DNA from: Octopus vulgaris
Taxonomy: Eukaryota
DNA: 64,000 nt
Assembly: GCA_951406725.2 (NCBI GenBank)
Contig: OX597825.1
Coordinates: 15,376,001 to 15,440,000, forward strand
Direction of reading: 5' to 3'
The position numbers and the translations under genes are program-made. The notes under the pieces are model-generated. The model was not told where the DNA came from, searched no databases, and saw nothing but the letters and a program-made list of their open reading frames with translations. Shown piece after piece: positions 28,853 through 42,728 of this stretch. How positions within the stretch are numbered: the first letter of the stretch is position 1; every line of letters starts with the position of its first letter.

Positions 28853-29163
28853 ATATAGAAAAGACCAAACATTATATTTGGTGGCGCAAAGCAACAAGGT
28901 TAAAAATAAAATTTTGAACATTCCTTTTTTCATATACTTCTGAACACCTCATTGAGTTTTATACAGAAAGTCTACTGAGGGAAAACTTTCTGAAAGACAA
29001 AATCCTGAAGTGGATACCATCCGTATTCTAGTGTACAGGCGCATGTTAAAAGTAAATATACCCACTCTTCGTTTGGCATTTGCCACTTTCTCAGTTTACA
29101 CAGAAGCAATTTTAGTTGGGCAAGCATCACTTCACATTTGCATAATTATTATTTCCTGTTGCC

Positions 29164-29207
<44 letters not shown>

Positions 29208-29404
29208 TTCTGTTTTAGTTTCGAGTTATATATCTTGAGTATGTAGCTATTTCAGCAATTTAAGCCCCCTTGGATTATGTGTAAAAATTGAACAGTAATA
29301 TTCAGGGGTATTTTTCGGGGATGCTGAAACGGAAAATATGAGGAAATGGCGTCAGCTGATGGACCGATAGCAAATACTGAGACGTTGTAGTTTAATACTC
29401 AAAT

Positions 29405-29530
29405 ATACGCACGTGGATATTTGGTAAGTTTGCTTCTCAAGCATATGATTCCGGGGTCAGTGTACTGCGTTGTATATTGGGCAAGTGCCTTCTACTATAG
29501 CTTCGTGAATGGATTTCCGTCTACCAAATC
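29405..29530 (+). mobile_element. Degenerate SINE family A head ending in a micro-inversion
   Basis: ttgggcaagtgccttctactatagc, then ggattt-ccgtctacc-aaatc where other copies read ggatttggtagacggaaa. Confidence 0.65.
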
Positions 29531-29543
29531 TATATATATATAT

Positions 29544-30695
29544 TACGCCAACTCTGTAATGGGATACTTAGAACAACAACTCTACTAAGAGGTGGAGGTA
29601 AGCTTTGGCACTGGATTTAGAAAGTATATTGAAAAGGCATGGAAGAGATACCTAGACGACTGCTTCATAATCTGGACAGAATCTCTAAACACTCTGGAAG
29701 AGTTCAATATCCTCCTGAACAACCTACACCCATCTCTCCAATTTACAAAGGAGATGAGTAGTACCAAATTACCATTCCTAGACATAATGGTAATTAAAAA
29801 AGACACCACCATCACCACAGATATATACTATAAACACACAGACACACATCAATACCTACATTTTAAGTCGTGCCATCCACCACATACAAAACGTAACATC
29901 CCATACTGCCTAGCCAGAAGAATTTGTACCATTGTAGAAGATGCAAATATCAGGAACAAACGCCTAATAGAACTAAGAGAATTTTTGCTCAAACAAAAAT
30001 ACCCATCTCTACTTATAGAAAATGGCATACAGCGGGCTATAAAAATACCCATACAACAACTTAGGACAACCCAAGGAAGAGGAAAACAAGAACAAGTCAT
30101 ACCATTCATAGTGACACACAACCCATGTCACCAGAATATCTTCAACATTGCCAAAGCAAACCTACCAATCATTGCCCAAAGTAATGAATTAAAAGACATA
30201 ATCACGGATCGAGCTATGGTGCTTAGTAAAAGACAGCCTAAAAACTTGAAAACATTACTAACAAAGGCAAAATTTGACCTTAGCAACAAAGACCAAACAT
30301 TCACGGTATCTAAATGCAATGATAGCCGATGTGGCACATGCCAATTCATACATACCGGTCAATATATAAACACAAAAACCGGGAAAATATTCACAAACGC
30401 GAATATGAACTGCAAAAGCAGAAATTTAATTCACTGCATCAAATGCCCAAATTGTGAAGAAATATATGTAGGTCAGACGGGAAACGCACTATTAGAACGC
30501 TCACGTGTACACCGGCAACAGATTAGAGACCCAGAGGTCCGTCAGATACCTTTGAGTAACCACCTAGCAACATGTGGCCGGAAAATGTATATAATATTTC
30601 CGTTCTACAAATTACACAGCCCAAGTGAAATCGAGAGGAGAATCAGAGAAAAGAATTTTATTGATAAATTCGAACCCAAGCTAAATAAGCAATAA
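29544..30695 (+). pseudogene. Penelope RT (C-terminal half) plus GIY-YIG endonuclease
   Basis: YANSVMGYLE in frame before a single TAA (29586-29588). ORF 29592..30695 has RYLDD, LPFLD, HPPHTKRNIPY, CNDSRCGTC, NLIHCIKCPNCEEIYVGQT and REKNFIDKFEPKLN. Confidence 0.92.
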
Positions 30696-31189
30696 TAATA
30701 ATACTTAGAGGTATTACTTCCACTGCTACGACCATGACCACTAATAACAACAACAATACTAAAGGTGATCAAGATGAAGATAGCAGGAAAATTATCTTAT
30801 TTAGGGTTAAAAGTTCTATTACCACCACCATCACCACTAGCAACAATAATTAAGGTGCTGACAATGATGATGATGACAATTGAAATATAAAAATATAAAA
30901 ATCTCTGACAAAGGATATTTACAACATTTCTAAAAATAACCCAACAATTGCTGCTTCGGCCAGGGTCAAGATACAGGACTCTTGACATGTCCAACAAAGC
31001 GTGATGCCTAAACCAATCAGCTCAACCAACCAATCAGCTTAAGTAATTGAGTGATACTACACACTGATTGGTCAGAATACAGTTTGCAAAACCTAGCACT
31101 CTGGAGCCTACCCAGCTGTATTTATAGCACAGAATCAATCATCTTGCTACAGTCAAAAATTGTGAAGCATGACTGTCAACACTACTACA

Positions 31190-31234
31190 TGAACCCGAAG
31201 ATTGCAGAATTCAATGCATGAAAGTACTAGTTCA
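31190..31234 (+). ncRNA. Minimal type I hammerhead ribozyme motif in the Penelope 3' terminal repeat
   Basis: Stem I tgaac/gttca; core CCGAAGA; stem II tgca-gaattcaa-tgca; GAAA; palindromic AGTACT stem III; putative UA cleavage after 31229. Confidence 0.7.
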
Positions 31235-31348
31235 ATCAGAATGAACATTTAACATTCTACTATTTCATTTTATTTTATTCAATTATAATATATCGTTATA
31301 AGATTGTAAATAAAACGTGAAAATCAGACAAGGTTGGAATTCCTTTTA

Positions 31349-31410
<62 letters not shown>

Positions 31411-31465
31411 GCTTCTTTCAGTTTCCGTCTACCAAATCCATTAGTGTTAGTAGTGGGAACATATA

Positions 31466-32375
<910 letters not shown>

Positions 32376-33064
32376 AAATTCTATTTATTTTAAAGCTATA
32401 TGTACTATCCATTATCGTTTTGGAAATATGAGAAATGCATCTCCATTTTGCGCAAACTCACACTGCAAACTGTGCTATCAATCAACTAATTAGAAAATGT
32501 AATCCTAATGTTGCAACGACGTCAGCAAAATGGAACTTTATTAATATTTTAACAAGTAAAATGCTGCAATTTTAAAATGTATTGATACAGTGATATATTT
32601 ATTTACATTCATTAAATTTTCAAAGCCTACTCTGACTAAATGTAGCTATACAATATGTTATTAATATTCCTGCGCGTGTTCATTTACTATGAATTTATGA
32701 AGCTAGATTAAAAAGTACAGGCTTTTGAATATATAACGTGCAGCCTTGCAAAATATTAACAAATGGGATTGTTACGTAACATAACTCGTATCTCCACAAA
32801 ATACATCCTATACTGAACACCGTTTTATTTAAATTGAATTATTCAAGCACATTCAGTTCTTCTACAGTATTCGCTTAGCATGCGTTATGTTTTCCTGAAA
32901 TAAATTAAGATACTTTTAATAACAAAATGCCTTCTCCATTTTCCTATTTATATAATTTGGTTGTATGCAATCAAGGAAAAGCTGCTCTCTTCTTATTTGA
33001 AACACTTATATTTAAATAACATTGAGTATTATTTTTCATGCGCTTATTCATTGATAGATGTTTA

Positions 33065-33285
33065 CCTTTTATCACTTACTTGCTTCACTCATTTGACTGC
33101 AGCCATGCTGGATCACCACCTTGAAGGGTTTTAGTCGAACAATCGACCCCTAGGATGTACTTTTGTGAACCTAGTAATTATTCTGTCGGATGGTTTTGCC
33201 GAATTGCTAAGTAATGGAGATATAAACACATCTGAACTGGCTTTCAAGGAAAGGGGGAAACACTGACACAAAGACACACACATAC
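33065..33285 (-). mobile_element. Old SINE family A tail
   Basis: catttgactgcagccatgctggatcaccacc...ctagtaattattctgtcgg. Confidence 0.7.
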
Positions 33286-35199
33286 ATATAGATATATAGA
33301 TATATATATAAAGAAGCTATTTCAATCAACAGATACAATCAACGAATAAATAACTGTTCTGATTTACACAAAGATGATTACAGCAACGCAAAACAACCCT
33401 TCTTACACGCACAGACTACGGGGTAGAGACAGCAACTATCAACATCTGTTTCTCCATAGATTTCCTGATGAAGTGGTCCTAAAGGTGAAATATTATATAC
33501 CAGGGAATGGTACACTTACTGGTGTTTTTGTTTTCTTTTGTTTTTACCTCATAAATATATTTTATAACATTTAAGTGAATGTTTGTGTGTGTCAGTATGT
33601 TATAGGGTTTTTTTCTGGGCTTCCGAAGATAGCGACACGGAATCGCTCTACGAGAGTACGAAATGACGATTAAATCTCAACCAGGCATCGATTCAACCGT
33701 CTTTAAAAAGGAAGGATATGTAGGACACAGAGTACTTGAAAGAAAGAGGAGATAGTAATGACTGAAAAATATTTGGTCGACGGTCTGCTTTAACACAATT
33801 GATCTTGGGTTAGAGAACAACAGTAGAATGATTAAACGCCGATCACTTATAGCGATCAACTAAAACACCGCGGTGAGGCACAGAGAAGTACTATATTAGA
33901 ATAGTTTATATCATTAGAAGTATACGTTTTCAACGGCTGATCTGAAGAATTGTTCCAACCAAAATACAACTCTTCATATAGGGACACGTCAAGACAAGAT
34001 TTTTTTTCTCTTTCATTGATTACATAAATGAGAAATGTTCCGACTACATATAAGTCGATTGCTTCTCGTAACTAGAAGATCATGAATGGCAATTTGAAGA
34101 TCAATCCTGTACACATTCTCCATTATTCTGTGCTACTTTCATGCGCTTGTTCATTTCCATATAATCTTTACATAGTGAGGAATTCCATATGAAAATCCAA
34201 TAAGTGCGATCAATCCACCAACGTAATATAGTTTGTATTTGATCACGCTTACATAAAGTGCTGCATCCAGGCAACAGCTTGCAAGTACGATAATAAAGGT
34301 TTAGAATTCATTAAATAAATAGTACTTTGTGATCTGTTGATTCCTGCACATACACGTAGAGAACGGATTTCAAATTGGTGCTGTTATGTCCGCATTCCTT
34401 TTTGTGAGCAATCATGTCCTTTGAAGGGTTTCTTCAGATTGGTATTATACTTCGTGTTTGCTTCCTGATTATCGCTTTCACTTTTACACTACATCAAATT
34501 CTACTATGCAATTCTGTTGTCATTTCATTTCCTATCAACATAATTCCAATAGAAAAAAAAGGATCTATGCTAATTCTAGCACCACATAAATCTCTTAAGA
34601 TACATATATATATATTAGATTTTTGATTCTGTAAATGGAAAATGTCTGTTTTAATTAGAACAGAAATGCCACTACATTTGCAAAATAGGTTTTCGCGTAG
34701 TATCTTTTCAAGACAACACACGGTTATTACTTATTGTTTAAAAATGTGATGTCGTATATTAGTGATTAAAGGGGTGGGGTGAAACACGCGGAGAAGTTGT
34801 CAATTTGTTGTGATATGAAGTGTGATATACGAAATAATAACCTTCTGTTTTCATTTCACTTTGAGTGACACATTCTCCCCGCCATCACCAGTTGCCTTCT
34901 ATGTCTGTCATAAAAGATTAAATATGTATTTATCAATTGCAAAATAAACTGAATAATTAAATATTGTGATCACAGGTAATTTTCATTGTATATTCAGACA
35001 TATATTGTCGTTACATCCAAAACTTGTCATTAAATCCCCTGACGCTACAGTAAGCCAGCAACAGAGAAATAACAACATATTGTAGCAGCCAATCTACGAT
35101 ATTCATATAATTTTGTAACCTACACTTCTGTTCTCTCTACGTCTGAACACTGATAATTCCACCAGAGTAATACTTGACCTGAACGTAAAAAAAAATTTT

Positions 35200-35435
35200 A
35201 AACAATATTCTTTCTCGAGCCATGCCAGGCTCATAAGGGACGGTTTCCTGGTTTCAGTGGCGTAGAGATTCCCCAGCTGGACGGGACGCCGGTCTATCGC
35301 AGAGTTACTCATTTTTGCCAGCTGAATAGACTGGAGCAATATGAAATGAAGTGTTTTTCTCAAGAACACAATGCATCGCCCGGTCTAGGAATCGAAACCA
35401 CGACCATATAATCATGAGTTCAACACACTAGCCAC
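35200..35435 (-). mobile_element. SINE family C with a third tail type
   Basis: actcatttttgccagctgaatagactggagcaatatgaaatgaagtg...aagaacac core; the tail differs from the 23350 and 62315 copies. Confidence 0.7.
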
Positions 35436-36159
35436 CAACAGCCACAGCCCGAACTTAAGCCACATCACTGATTCTTTCCGATCCTCAAATCAGCGAGGAA
35501 TACCAAACCTTCGAAGCGTTCGATTCATTAACACCTCAAACAATTCAACGTATTATAATCTATAAACTCTCATAGACTTATTTTTACCATTGCAGATGAT
35601 CCCGAGTTTCCTTGAATTCTTAATGCCTCTGTATGTATGGATTTTTGCTTTATACAAATCATAAGGGATATGAATATACTTTTTGAATCATCTTTATTAC
35701 TCCAGCGACACAGTGCGCTGTGAATCAATTAACTAAAATTTCCAGACATAATGCGATAGACACACACAACGTTAGTAAAATTCGGACTGTCTTATATGCA
35801 CAAGTATAAAATTATTAATGTCTTAAAAGAAGTTTTCGAGATAATACATAACGCACCGCATATAGAGAATAGTGTACACGATGATATATTTTCCCTATTC
35901 CATTCGCAGACACATAGAAACACACAAATACATGTAAATATGCACGCGCAAAATACATAATTACTAACACATGGCTGAATGTGAATATATAAATCATGTG
36001 TCGCAGGTGATATCATAAAGTAACTGAGATTAATAGCGTCTAGAGTTCTAAACTAAAATTGTATTGTCTACGTAATATTTTTAATAGATTCCAAGATGCA
36101 GAATTCGTGTTACTGACGATGTCTAAATATTTAATGAAATTTATATCATGTTATAATAT

Positions 36160-37049
36160 CGGTTTCAAATATTGGCACGCGACCAGCAATTTTGGGTGAG
36201 AGGAACGTTGGTTCCATCGACACTCGTGCTCAACTGGTACTTCTTTTAACGACCCTGAAGGACAAAATGTTATGGCGACCTCGACGTAAGTTGAACTTAG
36301 GGTGTAAGGACGGACGAAATACCGCTAAGCATTTAGTCCGGTGTCGTAACGATTCTGCCAACTCGCCACCATTTTCATGCTATGATATCGGTTTCAAATT
36401 TCGACTCAAGGCCAATAAGTTCGGGGCAGAGGCTAAGTCAACTGCATCGACACAAGAACTTAGTTGGTTCTTTTTTATCGACTCGATTTATTTCTGGCTG
36501 GGAGGGGGTGGGGGCAGTTGATTAGATCGACACCAGTATGCAAGTAATACTTAATTTATTGACCCCAAAAGGATGAAAAGCAAACTCGAGCTCGGGGGAA
36601 TTTGAAATCTGAGCGTAATGACAGACGAAATACTATTTCTTTACTACCCACAAGGGGCTAAACACAGAGGGGACAAACAAGGACAGACAAACGGATTAAG
36701 TCGATTATATCGACCCCAGTGCGTAGCTGGTACTAATTTAATCGACCCCGAAAGGATGAAAGGCAAAGTCTACCTCGGCGGAATTTCAACTCAGAACGTA
36801 GCGGTAGACGAAATACCTATTTCTTTATTACCCACAAGAGGCTAAACACAGAGGGGACAAACAAGGACAGACATAGGTATTAAGTCGATTACATCGACCC
36901 CAGTGCGTAACTGGTACTTAATTTATCGACCCCGAAAGGGTGAAAGGCAATGTCTACCTCGGCGGAATTTGAACTCAGAACGTAGCGGTAGACGAAATAC
37001 CGCTAAGCATTTCGCCCGACGTGTTAATCTCTCTGCCAGCTCGCCGCCT
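36160..37049 (-). mobile_element. Nested/tandem cluster of about 4-5 SINE family B units
   Basis: Repeated atcgaccccgaaaggatgaaaggcaaagtc core. Two young units lie at ~36634-36817 and ~36818-37048. Confidence 0.9.
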
Positions 37050-37286
37050 TAGTCATGCTATAATATTGCAATTGGACGTACAACAGAGTTGTAAACAGTG
37101 GTCATAACAAAATGCAACGCATAGATTACAAATGTGAATTATTGTTTTTAGGTTATATTTTCAGAAAGTCCTTATAACGCATTGAACAAGTACGTACACC
37201 AACATTATATAAATATTAACGTTCACATGAGTAAATGTGTTCATGTGTGTTCGTGCTTAAGTTTGTGTGTGTAGCTGTCTGTCTAA

Positions 37287-37361
<75 letters not shown>

Positions 37362-37367
37362 TATAAC

Positions 37368-37578
37368 ATGAAGCTTTATGAAAATAAACAGAAGACGAAG
37401 GCAGGTGGAGTACAAACAAACGATTGTATTAGTATGGCGCTCAGGAATATAAATAAAACAAGTCTTTTACGTTTCGAGCCTACGCTCTTCAATAGAAAGA
37501 TACACAGAAAAGAAACACGGAGAGAAACAAGGAGAGAAAAAAATTGCGTGCAGAAGCGAACGAATCAACATGGCGGTC

Positions 37579-37579
<1 letters not shown>
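37368..37579 (-). mobile_element. Hammerhead cassette, second subfamily, flanked by (TA)n
   Basis: The minus strand at 37464-37499 reads cttt-ctattga-a-gagc-gtag-gctc-GAAA-cgta-aaag (mutated core), followed by ttcctgagcg. Confidence 0.65.
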
Positions 37580-37651
<72 letters not shown>

Positions 37652-38029
37652 GTAAATTTGTTATTGAAAATGCACCTAAATTTGAAAGAACTTGTAATTG
37701 TTTTAAAATAAATTTATTTACATATATACCACACTAGTTACAACAATAGTTTTTGTTTATCAATTGTAAAAATTTAGAAAAATGTTCAAAAGTTCCAATG
37801 TTGACAAGTTTGAATGTTCATAACAGACAACTTTAGAATTACGAATTAGAAAAAGATTTTTAGAAGTTTCAATGTTGACAACTTTAAATGTTCATAACAC
37901 TCGATAATATAAAAAAGTGTTGATCAACTTGTTTAAATGTACAAAATTCAATAGTTTTAGTAGTGATCGGCAAGAAATGATTATTATCAAAGTTTCAGTC
38001 ATACGGAGTTAAGAGGAAGAAAAACAAGG

Positions 38030-38945
38030 GAGAAATGAAGATAATAAAAAATGGGATTTCGTTTACTATTTCTGAGTCGGTTTCCATTGTGTACAGGAAC
38101 TTTCGCTTGTAACCGGTGTTTTATGGAATCCAGTGTATTTATAATTCTGCAAACAGATTTGATTTCTGATTCGTTAAAGAACTGTTGACGTCTTGTCTTC
38201 CGGTAGTCAAGTTTGTTGTTCTGCCTGATTGGCTGGCCTGTGGAGAACGGTCATCAGCCGTTCCAGCTGGTTGATTATTTTTAAAGGGACATTTTGTTTT
38301 TCTTTGATGAAGTTCGGTTTTCATCGGAGGTAAAATTTCATTGGTTAGAGTCAGGTGACGTCAGCAACTAGTGTTTGTAAAATTGCATTGTCCGAGAGGT
38401 AGGTGACGTCGGTAACTGGTGTTTGAAGGCGGCGAAATGCGTAGCCGTATTTCGTCTGCCGTTACGTTCTGAGTTCAAATTCCGCCGAGGTCGACTTTGT
38501 CTTTCATCCTTTCAGGGTTGATAAATTAAGTACCAGTCGCGTACTAGGGTCGATATAATCGACTTAATACCTATGTCTGTCCTTGTTTGTCCACTCTATG
38601 TTTAGCCCCTTGTGCGTAATAAAGAAATAGGTAACTGGTGTTTTTATGGTGTTATTGTATGGTTATTTGGAGTTGCGGCTTCGAAACACAGGTGGAAGAC
38701 TATTACTAGAGTTTTTTTTTTTAATTGTCTGTTGTTCCTGGTTGCTTTTTGTGGAGAAATGTAGTCATTCATTTTTCTCTCTAGCATTTTTTCTTCCTTC
38801 TAAAGGATATTCAGCTGTGAGTTATATTCAGCTGTGAGTTATATGTTTTAATGAGTATTCTTTCCTTATTTAAACGTGGTTGGTTCCGAGGTATTGATAG
38901 ACTGGGAAAATTTTGTATTTCGGGTTTATGTTTACGTGGTGTAGA
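38030..38945 (-). mobile_element. Second Penelope-like 3' remnant, interrupted by a SINE
   Basis: Minus-strand PKYKIFPVYQ...RLNKERILIKTYNSQLN parallels YIIFPFYK...REKNFIDKFEPKLN of the 29.5-kb element. A downstream ccaatcag motif recurs as in that element's 3' region. Confidence 0.55.
38425..38629 (+). mobile_element. SINE family B with a 14-bp target-site duplication
   Basis: ggtaactggtgttt at 38411-38424 and 38630-38643. Confidence 0.9.
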
Positions 38946-39100
38946 TCTAGTTGTTTGCTTACGGGCATAAACAAACGAGTAAAATAAGTAAACAACGATT
39001 AAAATGGAAAATAGGACAAGTAAACACCGGGAAAGGAACATTTATTAGTTGTCAGCGGTCTATCAGCTTCTCATTTCGAGCATTTAACGACATATATATA

Positions 39101-39454
39101 CAGCCTTGGCCAAACGTATTAGGCCACCCCAATGTTTTGGGGTTCTGCTATCTCAATGAAACTCGTGCACATGGTAGATTATGGTATATTTCACAATATA
39201 CATTTGTTGTAATACCTGTTTGACCTTTCTTTGGCATCAAAGAAGGATCAACCACTTTTATACAGTATACTTACCGCTTTTATACTGTACTGTTCATCTG
39301 CAACCAATTGGGTAAGATCAACGCCCAAAATTAACATGTTTCTTTGATTAATTCAGAGTTTTATACTAAAATGCGTTTCAGAGTTTTATGCTAAAATGCG
39401 TTGTAGATACAGCAAGTAAATAGTAAAAGGCCTAAACAGTTATTCGCTGTCGAG
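39101..39454. mobile_element. Possible Tc1-type non-autonomous element
   Basis: TA|cagccttggccaaacgtattaggccaccc resembles Tc1 termini. A weak inverted match (ggcctaaacag...gagta) lies at ~39429-39456. Confidence 0.35.
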
Positions 39455-40736
39455 TATCCTGAAGTTCCGTGTATGTACCAAACCTATTGCTGGTAGATAT
39501 TACACAGTTTAATATTTAGTAAACCAAAAGGAATGAATAATTCGAAATATCACTACACTAGTATACTCGCTAGAACTTTCCCAGAGAAAATGGCTGGTGG
39601 ATAACCATACGAATTTACGTAATATTACCTAATAAATCAGTGAACAATTATTATTCGATTTTTCACAATGTTGTTAAAACACGGTTATTGCTCCAATCCA
39701 CAGAGCGTATTTTGCAGAATAGATGTCAAAAACGTTTAACTATGTCCTTGAGCGTAGGTTCCACTATTAGCTGCTTGACATTTCAGTTTGGCTTCATACC
39801 ATCTTATACATTAAATGTTATTTCTAACAGTCTGAAGGATTATATAATAATCATTTCTCGATTTCATAAGCCTGAAGTTTTTTTGTTTTTTTTTTTATAA
39901 GCATAAAGGCAAATAAACATTCTTATAACTGATGGTTATTATACAGGAACACACAATTTCTCGATACAGTATCAAACGGTATAACAAATGGTGTAACATG
40001 GGCTTAACAATTGCATACTATTCGCTCGTTATATATCTAGATGGAAGTATAAGTACCACTTAATGCTTCACTGTTAGAGAATGCAGTTACATGAAACTCT
40101 CGTAATATAAAACTTAGAAAAATAAAAGATAGATTTATTTCCCTAATGATATGCAAAGGAGTAAATTCACGCAATTAATGTCATGTATTCCGCCATTGAA
40201 TCATGTATAAAATGAAAGCAAATGAATCGTAATGTTATAAAACAAAGCTAAAAAAGAAAAACTATCTATATGTTCATGTAAGAAAATATACATGAAATTT
40301 AAATATTTTATGTTTGTAAACGCATTTATTTTGCTTAGGCTGAAATTGTGTGACATTTAAAATGATTCATAAAGATATATGTATACACAGAAAATATTAA
40401 TTCATTGCCTCCTCTGTTCTGTAATCCATGATTATGTTAGCAGAAAACTTGTATAATCATGTCTCCAGATGCAAAATAGGAAATAAATACTTCATGAATC
40501 ATGTTACAACTAAAGCTCCTGAGCAAATATAATAATGATTAAACGAAACGTTGTTATACACACAAAAATACACACCCATATATATATATCTATAGTCTTA
40601 CATACATATACACGCACACGCTCCTACACACACACATAAAAGCATGCATACTTACAAACATACATACATATATACATACATACATATATACATGCATACA
40701 TACATACATACATACATACATACATACATACATACA

Positions 40737-40767
<31 letters not shown>

Positions 40768-41115
40768 GCATACATGAGCAAAGAGATTTGTAGGTACATA
40801 CATACAAAAATATATAACTGTCGTATGTTCGTGTTTAAAGCACAATTTATGGCAAAATATTCAATACACCGTGAATTTATTGGTTTAGTAACGCAATGAA
40901 ACATATGGTTCGTTATAGGTCTTAGGCTTTAAATAGTATGAATGTGGATGTCCTGATTACGTGAACAGTTGGTAATGAAATACCGGAACTGAAATACGGA
41001 TGTGGTATTACTGGAGATACATTTAAAGCGTTGGACTTCTATGACGAGAGAGAAATAACGAAAGAGAGACAGACCGTTAGAAAAGAACAGTAATATATGG
41101 AGCGAAAAGGAAGCG

Positions 41116-41740
41116 TGGAGCTGGCAGAAACGTTAGCACGGCGAGTGAAATGCTTAGCGGTGTTTCGTCCGCCGCTGCGTTCTGAGTTCAAATTCCGCCG
41201 AGGTCGACTTTGCCTTTCATCCTGTCGGGGTCGATAAATTAAGTACCAGTTACCCTCTGGGATCGATATAATCAGCTTAATCTGTTTGTCTGTCCTTGTT
41301 TGCCCCCTCTGTGCTTAGCCCCTGTGGGTAGTAAAGAAATAGGTATTTCGTCTGCCGTTACGTTGTGAGTTCAAATTCCGCCGAGTTCGACTTTGCCTTT
41401 CATCCTTTAGTGGTCGCTAAATTAAGTATCAGTTGGATACTAGGGTCGACCTAATCGACTGGTCCCCTGCCCCACAATTTCGGGCCTTGTACCTAGGGTA
41501 GAAAAGAATATATGGAGCGAAAAGGAAGCGACGAGCTGGCAGTATCGTTAGCACGTTGAGCAAAATGCTTAGCGCCATTTAGTATGTCTTTAAGTTTTGA
41601 GTTCAAATTTCGTCGAGGTTGATTTTGCCTTTCATGTAATCATATCGATAAAATAAGTACCATTTCAAAACTGGGATCGATGTAATCGACCTACCATCTC
41701 ACCCGAAATTACTGACTTTGAGCCAAATTTTGAAACCTAT
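41116..41740 (+). mobile_element. Nested cluster of three SINE family B units
   Basis: The core is repeated three times. A 24-bp direct repeat aatatatggagcgaaaaggaagcg lies at 41092-41115 and 41507-41530. Confidence 0.9.
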
Positions 41741-41804
41741 ATATGGAACAAAATAATATCTCCCTTAATTCCACTACGCTGAAAGTCCTCACTAGTGTCT
41801 AATA

Positions 41805-42128
41805 CAATGGTTCTCAACTGAGCTCCAAATGGCTACTAAAGCTATATAAAATATTGTTTAGGGGTCCTCACAATAAAATAGTAAATTTGGGATCATAAAC
41901 AGTATCTTAAGAACCCATGAAAAAAAATTTGCTTTGGGTGTATGTAATTAGTATGTATTTTAAGAAACAATTCGATTTCTTTTTCTAACATGTGTAAAAA
42001 ACGGAATAGGAATTTTGAAAGAAATTTTTATAAAACTTGTTTTTAAACATCAAATAACTATTGAGGTTCACCAGAATAAATTATTAATCAAAGGGGTCAT
42101 TTGGTGAAAAATGGTAACAGAACACCCG
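41805..42128. mobile_element. hAT/Charlie-type (MER5-like) MITE, degenerate
   Basis: Starts caatggttctcaac and ends ggtaacagaacacccg (cf. CAGTGGTTCTCAAC...GGTTGAGAACCACTG); internal ggggtc motifs. Confidence 0.55.
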
Positions 42129-42358
42129 TTACTTTCTAACATGTCTCTTATAATACATTTTTCTTCTTAATCTGTAGAAAGATATTCATTAATGATCTTT
42201 CCATCTGATATACTGCAATTCTCTTTGTTCAGTCTCTCTGCCACCCACCTAAGTAAATCAACGCTCCATAACCCGTCACTGCACAGATGACAATTACAAC
42301 TGAACTGCACTCCTCCCTATACAATCTCTATCGCTACGACATGACTGTACATACAAAA

Positions 42359-42389
<31 letters not shown>

Positions 42390-42423
42390 CATACATACAT
42401 ACATACATACACACATACATACG

Positions 42424-42451
<28 letters not shown>

Positions 42452-42457
<6 letters not shown>

Positions 42458-42601
42458 GACCGCGTGTGTACCGTTGGCGATTTTATTCCTCTGTCTTACC
42501 TTCTCTGGATCTTTCTTTCTCCTATGTTTCCGACGAAGAGCTCCGCCCGAAACGTTAAACGTTGTTGTGTTTTCTCTTAGTGTTTTCATGTTGGGATTAA
42601 C
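42452..42601 (+). mobile_element. Hammerhead cassette, copy 2 (internal deletion), between (TA)n tracts
   Basis: gttt-CCGACGA-a-gagc-tcc-gccc-GAAA-cgtt-aaac at 42526-42560; ends ggattaac. Confidence 0.7.
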
Positions 42602-42667
<66 letters not shown>

Positions 42668-42711
42668 GCAAGAGAGAGAAAGAGAGAGCGGAAGAAAAGA
42701 ATCAGACAGAC

Positions 42712-42728
42712 AGATTGATAGCTAGATC

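Larger units (their letters stand above)
29544..31352 (+). mobile_element. 5'-truncated Penelope-like retroelement between (TA)n tracts
   Basis: RT plus GIY-YIG reading frame, then a ~650-bp non-coding 3' region with a hammerhead motif. (TA)n lies at 29531-29543 and from ~31353. Confidence 0.92.

Noticed and set aside
36634-37048. Tandem ~185-bp units as a CRISPR-like array
   Set aside because: The units are SINE bodies with no unique spacers, in a eukaryotic context with no cas genes.
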